Positions 10,172-19,940 are shown, counted from the stretch's first letter. The stretch: DNA of 64,000 nt from Rubripirellula sp. (GCA_965216875.1 OZ244207.1:6240001-6304000); one strand, 5' to 3'. The notes: generated by a model not told the origin, from the letters alone. Numbers and translations: made by a program.

Positions 10172-10553
10172 ATCCGGTGGATAAGTTGTTCACCGACCGT
10201 TGGATCTTGGTTGGCCCATCTGTTCGTCTTTTGCCAACCACCCTGACCCCCCGTTGATCGATGTCGGAAACCGGACTGTTTTCACACATCAATCCAACAG
10301 AAACCAACGAGTTTTCCACGGCTTCGGAGAGCACGTAAATCGTTTTCAGCAAGCGACTTGAGTGCGACACCAACAGGGTTACTGACGATTTTGGCCGACA
10401 CATTACGATGACGACGATATAAATAGAAATACTCTCTTAATGGAAGCACCACAGTGATTTTGGAAGGGACGCTGTACTAGGTGCTGTCTTTTGCAGCGAC
10501 AGGCGGTAAAACATCACCTTCGAAACAAAAGACCTCGGACCAGATCGGCTTCC
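10172..10553. promoter_or_regulatory. Candidate oriC in the dnaA-dnaN spacer
   Basis: DnaA-box-like 9-mers: GGTGGATAA 10176-10184 (reverse complement TTATCCACC), TTGTTCACC 10186-10194, TTTTCCACG 10312-10320; AT-rich tract ~10416-10442. Confidence 0.6.
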
Positions 10554-11672
10554 ATGAAGATCACTTGCCAACGCGAACCACTTACCGCTGCTTTCTCACT
10601 CGCAGCCAGCATCGCACCTGCACGATCGCCCAAAGAGATCCTTCAAAACGTGAAGGTCACTGCCGCAGGCGGCAAGATCACGCTCACAGCAACCGATATG
10701 GAAGTCGGCATTCGGCTCGACCTCGAAGAGGGTGTTGAAGTCGAGACCGAGGGAACGGCATTGTTCCCCGTCAGCCGTACGATGGCGATCTTGCGGGAAA
10801 GCAACGACGAGAAACTTGAATTCGAAACCGACGACTCAGGAATCTTGGTTCGCGGCAGCCGCAGTAAGTTCAAACTGCCCGGCAACAATCCCGACGAGTT
10901 TCCGACCGTCGCCTCCTTTGACGAAGACAAATACCACGTCATTCCAACCCGCCTGTTCCGTGAGTTGGTCAAACGAACCGTTTTTGCGACCGATGCCGAA
11001 AGCAGTCGCTACGCACTCGGCGGTGTTCTGCTGGAGATGGAAGAAAGCAGCGTGATCGCGGTTGGCACCGACGGTCGACGATTGGCTCGCATGGAAGGCG
11101 AAGGCGAACCCCACGGCGGCCACCAGACGTCCGGAACAAGCACAATCGTTCCAACACGTGCAATCCAGCTGATGGAACGTGCACTTAACGACAAGGACGA
11201 AACGGTCGACGTTGCCGCCCGCAGCAACGACCTGCTGCTTCGCACCTCACAAGCGGTCATCTACTCGCGATTGGTCGAAGGTCGCTATCCAAACTGGCGA
11301 CAAGTCTTTCCGACGCGGGAATCGAGTGTTCAGCTCGACATGACGATCGGGCCATTGTTCGCCGCACTGCGTCAGGCTGCGATTGTGACCGACCACGAAA
11401 CGCGTGGAATCGATTTCACCTTTGCCGACGGCACACTCAAATTGGAAGCCAACACTGCGGACGTCGGTGAGTCGCATGTGGAACTGCCGATTCCCTACGA
11501 TGGCGAACCGATCACGCTGACGATGGACAACCGGTACGTTGCCGACTTCTGCAAAGTCCTCGACAACGAAGCCGCATTCGTGATGGACATCGAATCGAGT
11601 GCCGCTCCGGCCGTGTTGACCACCGAAGACGGTTACGGCTACGTCATCATGCCAATGGCCCGCGACCGCTAG
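10554..11672 (+). CDS. dnaN: DNA polymerase III beta sliding clamp
   Basis: ATDMEVGI, SRYALGGV, GTDGRRLA, SRLVEGRYP, YVIMPM; ATG at 10554 preferred over the ORF-track start. Confidence 0.97.
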   Translation: MKITCQREPLTAAFSLAASIAPARSPKEILQNVKVTAAGGKITLTATDMEVGIRLDLEEGVEVETEGTALFPVSRTMAILRESNDEKLEFETDDSGILVRGSRSKFKLPGNNPDEFPTVASFDEDKYHVIPTRLFRELVKRTVFATDAESSRYALGGVLLEMEESSVIAVGTDGRRLARMEGEGEPHGGHQTSGTSTIVPTRAIQLMERALNDKDETVDVAARSNDLLLRTSQAVIYSRLVEGRYPNWRQVFPTRESSVQLDMTIGPLFAALRQAAIVTDHETRGIDFTFADGTLKLEANTADVGESHVELPIPYDGEPITLTMDNRYVADFCKVLDNEAAFVMDIESSAAPAVLTTEDGYGYVIMPMARDR

Positions 11673-11679
11673 TTTGTTT

Positions 11680-11756
11680 GTAGCTACCTTCGCCAGAAGG
11701 TGGTCCGTGCAAGCCGACCGCTCTCAACCACCCCACGCTCTGGCGAGCGTAGCTAC
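11680..11756. repeat. REP-like inverted pair, family A (GTAGCTAC-[C/G]-..CGCCAGA..GTGG)
   Basis: gtagctaccttcgccagaaggtgg ... ccacgctctggcgagcgtagctac; also at 12888-12964 and a half copy at 40071-40094. Confidence 0.9.
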
Positions 11757-11804
11757 GGGACTTCTAGACGAAACGGTGTTGGGACTTCGTAGGGACATGG
11801 TAAA

Positions 11805-12218
11805 TTGACTCTCGTGAGCGACTCGAACCAACCACCCTCGTCCCAGCCTTCCAAGCCAACGAAACGGTACCCCGCTTCGTCCTCTCAGCGTTCGTCTTCT
11901 CGAACCTCTCAAGTCCAAGAAGCCAAACCTCGGGTTCGCAAGATTGGATCGCTGGTCGGCCAGTTGATGTCGCGCCGCGGCTACGCTCAAGTCGCCGTCA
12001 ACGACGAACTGCAAGCGGTCATCGTTTCGGTAGTCGGAAGTGAAGTGGCAAACAGTCTGCAGGTTGGTAACCTCAAACGGGGCGTGCTGCAGGTGTATGC
12101 TTCCGATTCGGTGACGCTCCAGGAACTGAATTTTCAAAAGCGTCAGATCCTGAAAAAGATCCAAAAGGAAATGCCACAAAGTGGTGTGACCGATCTGCGA
12201 TTTCGCATCCAGGCGTGA
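11805..12218 (+). CDS. DUF721 / DciA-like protein
   Basis: Position after dnaN; GVLQVYASDSVTLQELNFQKRQIL...DLRFRI pattern. Start may be the GTG at 11814. Confidence 0.75.
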   Translation: MTLVSDSNQPPSSQPSKPTKRYPASSSQRSSSRTSQVQEAKPRVRKIGSLVGQLMSRRGYAQVAVNDELQAVIVSVVGSEVANSLQVGNLKRGVLQVYASDSVTLQELNFQKRQILKKIQKEMPQSGVTDLRFRIQA

Positions 12219-12856
12219 TGTCCAAAACCGATCAAATCATTCGCGGCGAAGACGGGACACGTCGCTGTTGGTGGTGCGGCAGCGATCCTCTTTACGTTTC
12301 CTATCATGACAACGAATGGGGCCAGCCGGTCGCAGATGACAACCGCCTGTTCGAGAAGATCTGTCTCGAAGGCTTTCAGTCGGGGCTCAGCTGGATCACC
12401 GTGCTGCGAAAACGCGAAGCCTTCCGCGAAGCCTTTTCCGATTTTGATTTCAACAAGGTTGCCAAGTTTGGCAAAGCTCGCGTCGACAAATTGGTCACCA
12501 ACGCCGCGATCATTCGCCATCGCGGCAAGATCGAATCGACCATCAACAACGCCAACCGTGCGATCGAGATGCAAGCCGAGTTCGGATCTCTTGCTGCCTT
12601 CTTCTGGCAATACGAACCGGCTCGGCCGCCAGTGCTAAAGAACCGCGCCGAGATTCAGGCAACCACCGAAGAGTCGACAGCGCTCAGCAAAGAACTCAAA
12701 CGTCGTGGTTGGAGCTTCGTCGGACCCACCACCTGCTACGCCTTCATGCAGGCAATGGGAATGGTCAACGATCACCTCAAAACATGCGACGCATGGAAAG
12801 TGATCGACCAGGCAAGAAAGAACTTCAAGCGACCTCCCGTGAGCCGAACGCGCTAG
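12218..12856 (+). CDS. tag: DNA-3-methyladenine glycosylase I
   Basis: RCWW, YHDNEWG, LEGFQSGLSW, IIRHRGKI, FVGPTTCYAFMQAMGMVNDH; TGATG overlap with the upstream stop. Confidence 0.96.
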   Translation: MSKTDQIIRGEDGTRRCWWCGSDPLYVSYHDNEWGQPVADDNRLFEKICLEGFQSGLSWITVLRKREAFREAFSDFDFNKVAKFGKARVDKLVTNAAIIRHRGKIESTINNANRAIEMQAEFGSLAAFFWQYEPARPPVLKNRAEIQATTEESTALSKELKRRGWSFVGPTTCYAFMQAMGMVNDHLKTCDAWKVIDQARKNFKRPPVSRTR

Positions 12857-12871
12857 CTAGCGTCGGGCCTT
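12839..12871. repeat. REP-like family B left arm, with an extra CTAG
   Basis: gtgagccgaacgcgctagCTAGcgtcgggcctt versus the intact copy at 30825-30854. Confidence 0.85.
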
Positions 12872-12887
12872 AGAGTTTTTATTCCTC

Positions 12888-12964
12888 GTAGCTACGCTCG
12901 CCAGAGCGTGGGGAAGTGGACGCCGGCGTGCCATTGTGAATCACCTTCTGGCGAAGGTAGCTAC
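12888..12964. repeat. REP-like inverted pair, family A
   Basis: gtagctacgctcgccagagcgtgg ... tcaccttctggcgaaggtagctac. Confidence 0.9.
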
Positions 12965-13057
12965 GGACCTTTCTTGGTATGTTGCAATACTGGCGGCTAG
13001 ACCTCCGCCGCCGAATTCAACGATAGTGACCAGGTCGATCCTACCTAAGGAACACCT

Positions 13058-13426
13058 ATGCGATTCGGATTGAAATCTGCATTGCTGATTGTCATGGCCG
13101 CAGCCTGTGTGTTTGCTTTCGCAACCGCCATTCAGAGGTACAAAATCCAACGCCTTGAAAAAATGCGTGCAGACCTAAGGATAGCGCCAAATGCGACGCT
13201 AGAAATCCTTGACCGTAAAGACGATCACTACCTCATGCTTGTAGGATTCAAGAATAAGTATGAACTGATAGTATCCGTGAACTATAACCGTGGTCGTACC
13301 TGGGGCATTGTGAGAGGCTTCCCGGACGGCTCCTCTGTTGACAGGGATGTCGACTATTGGCAGGAATACGATGGACCTCCGACTCCAAGGCAAATCATGT
13401 TGTTTCGCGACCGCTACTTCCGCTAG
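13058..13426 (+). CDS. Small hypothetical protein with an N-terminal hydrophobic anchor
   Basis: AAGGAA RBS then ATG; MRFGLKSALLIVMAAACVFAF; visibly more AT-rich, with AGG/AGA/ATA/CTA codons. Confidence 0.7.
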   Translation: MRFGLKSALLIVMAAACVFAFATAIQRYKIQRLEKMRADLRIAPNATLEILDRKDDHYLMLVGFKNKYELIVSVNYNRGRTWGIVRGFPDGSSVDRDVDYWQEYDGPPTPRQIMLFRDRYFR

Positions 13427-13542
13427 CGTCGGGCCTTGCAATATTGCTTTCTCGTAGGGCCCGACGCTAGCGCGTTCGGCTCACAAAGAGAGGACGCGGG
13501 GAGGTCTGAGAGTGCGTTCCCACGCAGAGCTTGGGAACGAGG
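13422..13542. repeat. Composite repeat: family B hairpin (13422-13484) plus family C (13492-13542)
   Basis: gctagcgtcgggcctt...agggcccgacgctagcgcgttcggctcac, then gagtgcgttcccacgcagagcttgggaacgagg; same order at 28359-28444. Confidence 0.85.
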
Positions 13543-13556
13543 GTGAGGCCGAGTGT

Positions 13557-14921
13557 TTATGCGAACACGTCTCGTACCGTTTCGCCGCCGATCACGAGCG
13601 GTCGATTGCTGCGGTCATAGATTTCCGTCAACGGATCGATGCCCATCAGTTCATAGATCGTCGCGGCCAAGTCTTCGGGTTTGACAGGATTTTCCTCGGG
13701 GAACTTGGCTCGTGCGTCCGACCGACCGTGAACGTAACCCCCCTTCACTCCCCCGCCCGCCAGCAGCGTCGTATAGCACTGGGGCCAATGATCGCGACTC
13801 AGGTTCTTGTTGATCTCGGGGGTACGTCCAAACTCGCCCATCCAAACGACAAGGGTTTCATCGAGTAGTCCCCGTTCTTCTAAGTCATCAAGCAAGGTCG
13901 GCAAGGTTTGATCGGTGATCGGCAAGTGATAGTTGTTGACGATTTTGTACATCCGCGTGTTATCAAAACCGTGCGTGTCCCAACCGCCAGAACCAACCTT
14001 TCGGCCGCCGATACTGTTGGAGAAATAGACCGTCACAAACTTCACGCCCGATTCGACCAATCGTCGAGCCATCAAGCAGCTTTGTCCATACGAGGTTCGT
14101 CCGTACCGATCACGCATCGCTTCACTTTCGGACGACAAATCGAATGCCTTTCGAACGCGATCCGACGTGAGCATGCCGATCGCACGTTCGTAGTACTCGT
14201 CGAAACCTTGAGCTTCACCCGAATACTCGAGCAGTCTGGCTTGTTGGTCGACAAGCTTTTGCATTTCGCGGCGACGGTGCAAACGATCAATCGTCAAGCC
14301 GCTCGGCAGGCTCAATTCGGGCAATTTGAAATTGGGATCGTTTGGATCTTCAAGGAACAACAGTGGGTCATGACGCTTGCCGAGAAAACTGGCATGTTGG
14401 GCGGGAACAATCGACCCGTCACGAATCACATGCGGGTAGGCGACGGAGGTGGGCATGCCGTTGGTGTTGGGCGCCAAGTGATCCACAACACTGCCATAGG
14501 CTGGATAGAGATCAAGCGAATCGCGTAGACGTTGATCATCGGAAGGAGGTTCATGACCACTGAGTGCATAGTAGCCCGCCGAGGCATGATTCTTCATCGT
14601 GTGCGTCATCGTACGAATCAGCGACACGTGATGCATTCGCTTGGCCATCTCGGGAAGCAACTCACAGACCTGAATGCCATCGGCACTCGACGAGATCGGT
14701 CGATAGGGACTGCGAACGGTATCGGGAGCGTTCGGCTTCATGTCGAACGTATCAAGCTGGCTGGGACCGCCCCATTGAAACAAAAAGATGACCGACTTGG
14801 CACGTTTTTTGAGTTTTTGGGTTCGATCGGAACCGCGCAAGATTCGCGGCATCGATAGTCCCAACATCCCTGCACCGCAGGCACGCAGGATTGAGCGGCG
14901 ATGATAGGCAGCCGGATTCAT
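13557..14921 (-). CDS. DUF1501 domain protein
   Basis: GGPSQLDTFDMKP, CLMARRLVESGV, WDTH, GEFGRTP, RDHWP; Tat-like HRRSIL N-terminus. Confidence 0.92.
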   Translation of the reverse strand: MNPAAYHRRSILRACGAGMLGLSMPRILRGSDRTQKLKKRAKSVIFLFQWGGPSQLDTFDMKPNAPDTVRSPYRPISSSADGIQVCELLPEMAKRMHHVSLIRTMTHTMKNHASAGYYALSGHEPPSDDQRLRDSLDLYPAYGSVVDHLAPNTNGMPTSVAYPHVIRDGSIVPAQHASFLGKRHDPLLFLEDPNDPNFKLPELSLPSGLTIDRLHRRREMQKLVDQQARLLEYSGEAQGFDEYYERAIGMLTSDRVRKAFDLSSESEAMRDRYGRTSYGQSCLMARRLVESGVKFVTVYFSNSIGGRKVGSGGWDTHGFDNTRMYKIVNNYHLPITDQTLPTLLDDLEERGLLDETLVVWMGEFGRTPEINKNLSRDHWPQCYTTLLAGGGVKGGYVHGRSDARAKFPEENPVKPEDLAATIYELMGIDPLTEIYDRSNRPLVIGGETVRDVFA

Positions 14922-14940
14922 GTCGTCGTTTTCCTATCGA

Positions 14941-17193
14941 TCAATGGCGGAACAAAAACTCTTTCGCGTTCAGCAATGCCCAGGTGATGTCCTGGAGTGC
15001 GACAACACGCTCTTTCGAAGCTTCGATCATCTTCAACGCGGCCGCTTCTTCCGAGGGCGATGGAGCACGCGACAACGCCGTCCAATAAAGTTCATCGATC
15101 ACTTCGGTATTGGATTGAGTCGACGACGCTAACTTGCCAAGACGACTTTGCTGATCATCAAGTCGTTCACTGAGCCCAGAGCCGATCAGTGTGAACACTT
15201 GCTTGAGTGTTGTTTCGTTGCTTCGTTCGCAATCACACGCCAGGATGCGTTCCGGTTTGCCAAACGTTTTCAAAAAACGATCACCCGATTTGGGCGCTTC
15301 GTCACGCGGCCGTTTCTTATGCACGCCAGGAAGCTGCACCGCTCGAATCGCATCTTTGTAGCCTACAAACTTTGCCGGTACGCCAAGGACATCACTTTGC
15401 ATGTCCAAAATCACTTCGGCCGGCAGCCGTCGAACCAGTGCCCGCGAATAGCTTGTCGTGTCATCACGATTGCTGGCCGTGGGGTACGTAGACAATTGGT
15501 AGGTCGTGGAATTCATGATCGTGCGAACGAGCGATCGCAGATCGAATCCACTGGCGACGAATTGATCGGAAAGCCAATCCATCAAGGGTGGGTTTGACGG
15601 GGGATTGGTTAGCCGAAAATCATCAATCGGGTCGACGAGGCCCCGGCCCATAACGTGATACCAAACGAAGTTGGTCTGCGACTGTGCAAACAATCGGTTC
15701 TCTGGCGACGTGAGCCACTGGCCGAGTGCCGGCAACCGCTTGTTGATGTCACCATCATCAAACGAACTTCCACCCAGGAATTTCGGGGCGGCAACCTTTC
15801 CCGTTGTTGGGTTGCGAACTTCGTTTTGCTTGGAAACCAAGACGGTCTGTTCGCCTACAAACTCATTCTTGTCTAGCTTGTCGGCCCGCTTGTTCTCGCC
15901 AACTTCGTAGTCAATTTGCGAAAACAGATTGCTCCACCGGTAGTAATCGTCCTGGGTCCAGCGATCAAACGGGTGGTTGTGGCACTTGGCACATTGCAAC
16001 CGTGTTCCAAGAAACAACCGAGCGGTGGTTTCGCCGCGTGTGCTTGGATCACGATTGGCACGATAGAAGTTTGCGGGCGGTTCTTTGAACGTGCTTCCCG
16101 TTCCGGTGACCAATTCACGAACGAACTGGTCTACCGGTTTCGCTTCGGCAATGCTCTTTCGGATCCAACTGTGAAAAAGGTCGACCCCTTTGGGATCCAA
16201 CACTTTCTCTTCCGTTCGCAGGATGTCTGCCCATTTGAGTGCCCAATAATCAGCAAACTCTTCTCGCGACAACAGTGAATCAATCAGCTTGCTTCGCTTG
16301 TCTGTCGACGAGTCAGCAACAAAGTCTTTCGCTTCATCGGCGGTGGGGAGCCGGCCGATTGCATCAAGGAAAGCTCGCCGAACGAAGACGTTGTCCGAGC
16401 AAACCTCCGAGGGATTGATTCGAAGTTTCTTGAGCTTGGCGAAAACATGTTGATCGATCGCGTTGTTTTCTTTCGGTGCGTTCCAACGAAAATCGGGACG
16501 CTCGTCGATAAACGCAATCGACACAGGCACCTGCTTGTTCAGGTAGCGAACAATCAAAGTGGTCTCGCAGAACTTGTTACGAGAAACCACACCGGAAGGG
16601 GCAACGGTTGCATCAAGATTGGAGAGCTCGTAACAAGCACGATCGGTGACATCGCGAGTGGATCCATCGGCAAAGTATGCCGTGACACTGACGGCGACTT
16701 GCTCGTTGGGAGCGGCAACGATCGCTGATTTGGGTTCGACGTCAAGACGCACGACTCGCGGCGTGTCGTGCGACGGCGCTTTTGTGCCTTGAACGATCCA
16801 GTCCAATAGAACGCCATACTCTTTTGAATCTTGTTTGAATCGTTGGCCGCCTCGGTGTGGGGTTTCGCCCGTTGCTTTTCGCAACAACAGGCTCTGGGCC
16901 GGCGCGTTTGCATTGACGCGGCGACCACGCGACGCAAGAACAAGAGCGTGGTAATCAAAGACGGGGTCCTCCCCGCGCAGCGACAACTTCATGCCACCTT
17001 TGCCATTCAAATTGCCGTGACAGGTACCCGCGTTGCAGCCAGCCTTGGACAAAACGCTCATCACATCAACTGAGAAGTTGACTGGCAGTTCAGCTTGAGG
17101 CTCGGCAGAAGTGGTGTTGGAAACCGAGGCGGCAAGCAAAACGATTCCGAGTAAAACGCGGATCATTGGTGCATGGGGCGTGACGGTGGGCAA
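14941..17193 (-). CDS. DUF1549/DUF1553 (PSD1-type) planctomycete protein with an Ig-like domain
   Basis: CNAGTCHG, FVRRAFLD..GRLPT, LQCAKCHNHPFDRWTQDDY, MGRGLVDPIDD, WALLNAKEFLFRH. Confidence 0.9.
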   Translation of the reverse strand: MPTVTPHAPMIRVLLGIVLLAASVSNTTSAEPQAELPVNFSVDVMSVLSKAGCNAGTCHGNLNGKGGMKLSLRGEDPVFDYHALVLASRGRRVNANAPAQSLLLRKATGETPHRGGQRFKQDSKEYGVLLDWIVQGTKAPSHDTPRVVRLDVEPKSAIVAAPNEQVAVSVTAYFADGSTRDVTDRACYELSNLDATVAPSGVVSRNKFCETTLIVRYLNKQVPVSIAFIDERPDFRWNAPKENNAIDQHVFAKLKKLRINPSEVCSDNVFVRRAFLDAIGRLPTADEAKDFVADSSTDKRSKLIDSLLSREEFADYWALKWADILRTEEKVLDPKGVDLFHSWIRKSIAEAKPVDQFVRELVTGTGSTFKEPPANFYRANRDPSTRGETTARLFLGTRLQCAKCHNHPFDRWTQDDYYRWSNLFSQIDYEVGENKRADKLDKNEFVGEQTVLVSKQNEVRNPTTGKVAAPKFLGGSSFDDGDINKRLPALGQWLTSPENRLFAQSQTNFVWYHVMGRGLVDPIDDFRLTNPPSNPPLMDWLSDQFVASGFDLRSLVRTIMNSTTYQLSTYPTASNRDDTTSYSRALVRRLPAEVILDMQSDVLGVPAKFVGYKDAIRAVQLPGVHKKRPRDEAPKSGDRFLKTFGKPERILACDCERSNETTLKQVFTLIGSGLSERLDDQQSRLGKLASSTQSNTEVIDELYWTALSRAPSPSEEAAALKMIEASKERVVALQDITWALLNAKEFLFRH

Positions 17194-17471
17194 CGCAAAG
17201 GTGGGTCGTTTCAGCCGAGTTGCGGCCGAAGTCAGCGTTGGCGGTGGGATCTCATTCTACTGACAACCGCCAGCCGAGGCGCGGTCAGAATCGCAGGAAT
17301 CGCAGCTCGTCTTGGCAAGTTAGGTCGGAAAATCTCACAAAATTGAGCCGAGACACGCGTAATGTGGCCGAGACCCTTTCGCGCGTGGGATAGGGGCCCG
17401 AGTGGACAGGGGCCCGAGGCCTCACGGACAGCGGATCATGATTTGCGCAAGAAGTTGTTCTGGTCCAGCAA

Positions 17472-17576
17472 TCACCCTCCCGCTTGCGGGAGGGTCGGAC
17501 GCAAAGTCCGGGGAGGGTCTTGGATGTGCTAGCCCTCTCCGGGCCTTAGAGCCCGACTCTCCCAAGGGAGAGTGTT
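17472..17576. repeat. REP-like family D (multi-hairpin, ~105 bp)
   Basis: ccctcccgcttgcgggagggtcggacgcaaagtccg...ctctcccaagggagagtgtt; inverted copy at 20868-20977. Confidence 0.9.
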
Positions 17577-17602
17577 AACGTGCAAGATTGCAATCCTCAG
17601 CA

Positions 17603-18148
17603 CTAGGCCCCTTCCGGCCCAATTTCCCGCTGAACGCAAACCGCCAGCTTGTCTCTCAAGCGACCGAGCAGCTTGTAGAGCGAATTGACCGACTTGTTGC
17701 AGTCCTCGGCGATCTTCTTCACACGTCCGTCGCCCGCATAGGGTGCGAGAAGTAGCTGTTGGTGGTGATCCGAGAATTTGGCCAGGCAAACGTTCAATGC
17801 TTGTCGAACGGCAACCACACTTTCGTTGTCGATGGCGTCGGCTTCATCGGCGATCAGTTTCAACACCTCGTCGCTCAAGACGTGGCGATCACGGCGCACC
17901 GAAGCAATCGCGGAGAGGCATTTGAAGCGCAGGATGACCTTGGCCCAGGGAAGAAACCCATCTTCGCCGTTGAGTTGGCCGAGCTTTTCCCACATCGTCA
18001 CGCTGGCTTCCTGGAGGGCGTCGTCGACCGTATTCCAATCGGGCAACATCGACCGCGCGTAGGCTCGTAGCGCCGGCTCGTGCTTGACGAACAGCCGCAT
18101 GAAGTCGCCTTCAGAAAGCGGGTTCGATTCGGAGGTAGAAGAAGCCAT
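17603..18148 (-). CDS. ECF sigma-70 factor (Planctomycete/Verrucomicrobia type)
   Basis: DDALQEASVTMWEK, FLPWA (region 2); KKIAEDCNKSVNSLYKLLGRLR (region 4). Confidence 0.9.
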   Translation of the reverse strand: MASSTSESNPLSEGDFMRLFVKHEPALRAYARSMLPDWNTVDDALQEASVTMWEKLGQLNGEDGFLPWAKVILRFKCLSAIASVRRDRHVLSDEVLKLIADEADAIDNESVVAVRQALNVCLAKFSDHHQQLLLAPYAGDGRVKKIAEDCNKSVNSLYKLLGRLRDKLAVCVQREIGPEGA

Positions 18149-18229
18149 AACGTCCTATTCAAGTCCGGCGACAAACCTGCCGCAAGTTTTTTGCAGGTCA
18201 AACAGAACCTGCTCCGCGTGGTCAGGACC

Positions 18230-18293
18230 GTTTGTAGTCCCGCCTTCAGGCGGAAGAGTCTGAAGATTCCGGCTAAAGCTCGGTACTACGAAC
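18230..18293. repeat. REP-like family E (GTAGTCCCGCC...GGTACTAC)
   Basis: Similar copies at 40139-40202 and 43850-43909. Confidence 0.88.
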
Positions 18294-18335
18294 TGCGCGG
18301 CTCACAAGAGCGTCTCTCGAGCTCCACGAACTGGC

Positions 18336-19940
18336 TCAATCGAGCGCGTACGGTGGATGCTCAAAAATGATGTTGTCCGATACACGGGGGTCGCCAGTGC
18401 TCTTCAGCTCGGACATCAACCGTTTGTGAAGTGATGTCTTCACTTCGGCATGATCATCGTCGTCGGCGAGGTTTTTCATGCAGTGTGGGTCTCGTTTGAT
18501 GTCGTAAAGTTCAAACTCAGGTCGACGGCCCACTGCAAAATCGAACGAGATCGGATCCTCTTCACGGTGTTTGACGACCCAAGCTTTTGTCGGACTGGCG
18601 TCGAGGTCACCGAAGGCGGCAAAGGTGTTTTCGCGAAGCTTGACGAAGTCTGGCATCGCACTCGCTTGCGTTCCGAACCCTGGCCCCGTTCCCATCGGCC
18701 AACGATTGGGTTCGAAGTTAATGATGTAAAGGTATTGGTCGGTTCGAATTGCGCGTTGGGGGTAAGGTTTTTCTTTCGTGCGTGCCTTCGCAACATGACG
18801 TTCACGGCCGGTGAAAACAGCATCTCGTTTCGGATCGACCGTTCCCTGTTTGTTGCTCTTGAGAACATCGACAAGTGACCGAGCGATCATCGTGTCAGGC
18901 GAGTCGACACCAGCGATTTCAAGAAACGTCGGGGCAAGATCCGGCAATGAGACAAAATCATCGACCACACGACCGGGCGTCTTGATCCCACTGGGCCAGC
19001 GGATCGCAAGGGGCACTTGAGTGCCAAAGTCGTAGAGGTTGCACTTGCCTCGCGTGACTCCGGGGATTCCGTGATCGCCACTGACAACAAGGATCGTGTT
19101 CTCATAGGCTCCGATACGTTTGAGTTCTTCGATGATCACGCCGAGCCCCTCGTCAAACGCTCGCACTTCGCCCAAGTAGTCAGCAAAGTCTTCCCGGACG
19201 ATCGGAACATCGGGAAGAAACGGTGGCAGTTTACCTTTGAGGTCATCGGGGTCGATGTTCCAGAGTTTCTTACCACTCCCCGCGATCCATTTGCGATGCA
19301 CATTGGTTGGACCGAACCAATAACAGAACGGTTGGTCGCCATCGAGCTTGCCGTCGTTGTCGGCATCAAGGAACGAACGAATGTTGCCACGAACTTCATT
19401 GAGAAGCTGTTGTTTTCCTTTTTCTGGATCCTTCGCTTTCATTGCCGACTGCGAAAAACCATTGAACCGCCGGCCGGCGCTATTGAATGCTCGAGCCGCG
19501 CCACCGTGAGGTTCGTCCCTTGGCGAACCGGGACTCCAAACCTTGTAGGTGTGACCGATACGGTAACCATCTTCTTCCAGCAACAACGGGTAGCTGGGAA
19601 TGGAGCGATCCCAAATGGCGCCTTGCAGAATGGCCCCGCGCTCGCAGCGCCAAAAGTGTTGTCCGGAAAGGAGTGAACTGCGGCAGGGTGTGCACGACGG
19701 TGCGCTGACAAAGGCACGGGTAAACAAGACGCCTTCACCCGCGACCTTGTCAAAGTTGGGTGTGACGGCGACATCGTTGATACCGCCAGGTTCGAGTTGC
19801 CCGTAGACGCTGGCGTATTTGCCCCAGTCGTCGGCAAAGGCCATCACAATGTTGGTACGCTCGGCAGCTCTTGCGGATGCACAGCAGGTGACGGCAAACA
19901 GGCAAATCGAAAAGAGAAATCGATCGCAGTGGTGGGGCAT
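18336..19940 (-). CDS. Formylglycine-dependent sulfatase (S1 family), secreted
   Basis: [16 protein letters not shown] (CxPxR), GDHG, KCNLYD, ELYD..DP; signal peptide. Confidence 0.93.
   Translation of the reverse strand: MPHHCDRFLFSICLFAVTCCASARAAERTNIVMAFADDWGKYASVYGQLEPGGINDVAVTPNFDKVAGEGVLFTRAFVSAPSCTPCRSSLLSGQHFWRCERGAILQGAIWDRSIPSYPLLLEEDGYRIGHTYKVWSPGSPRDEPHGGAARAFNSAGRRFNGFSQSAMKAKDPEKGKQQLLNEVRGNIRSFLDADNDGKLDGDQPFCYWFGPTNVHRKWIAGSGKKLWNIDPDDLKGKLPPFLPDVPIVREDFADYLGEVRAFDEGLGVIIEELKRIGAYENTILVVSGDHGIPGVTRGKCNLYDFGTQVPLAIRWPSGIKTPGRVVDDFVSLPDLAPTFLEIAGVDSPDTMIARSLVDVLKSNKQGTVDPKRDAVFTGRERHVAKARTKEKPYPQRAIRTDQYLYIINFEPNRWPMGTGPGFGTQASAMPDFVKLRENTFAAFGDLDASPTKAWVVKHREEDPISFDFAVGRRPEFELYDIKRDPHCMKNLADDDDHAEVKTSLHKRLMSELKSTGDPRVSDNIIFEHPPYALD

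Noticed and set aside
17347..17418. Short direct repeats GCCGAGAC x2 and AGGGGCCCGAG x2
   Set aside because: Too short and too few to separate from chance or decayed repeats.
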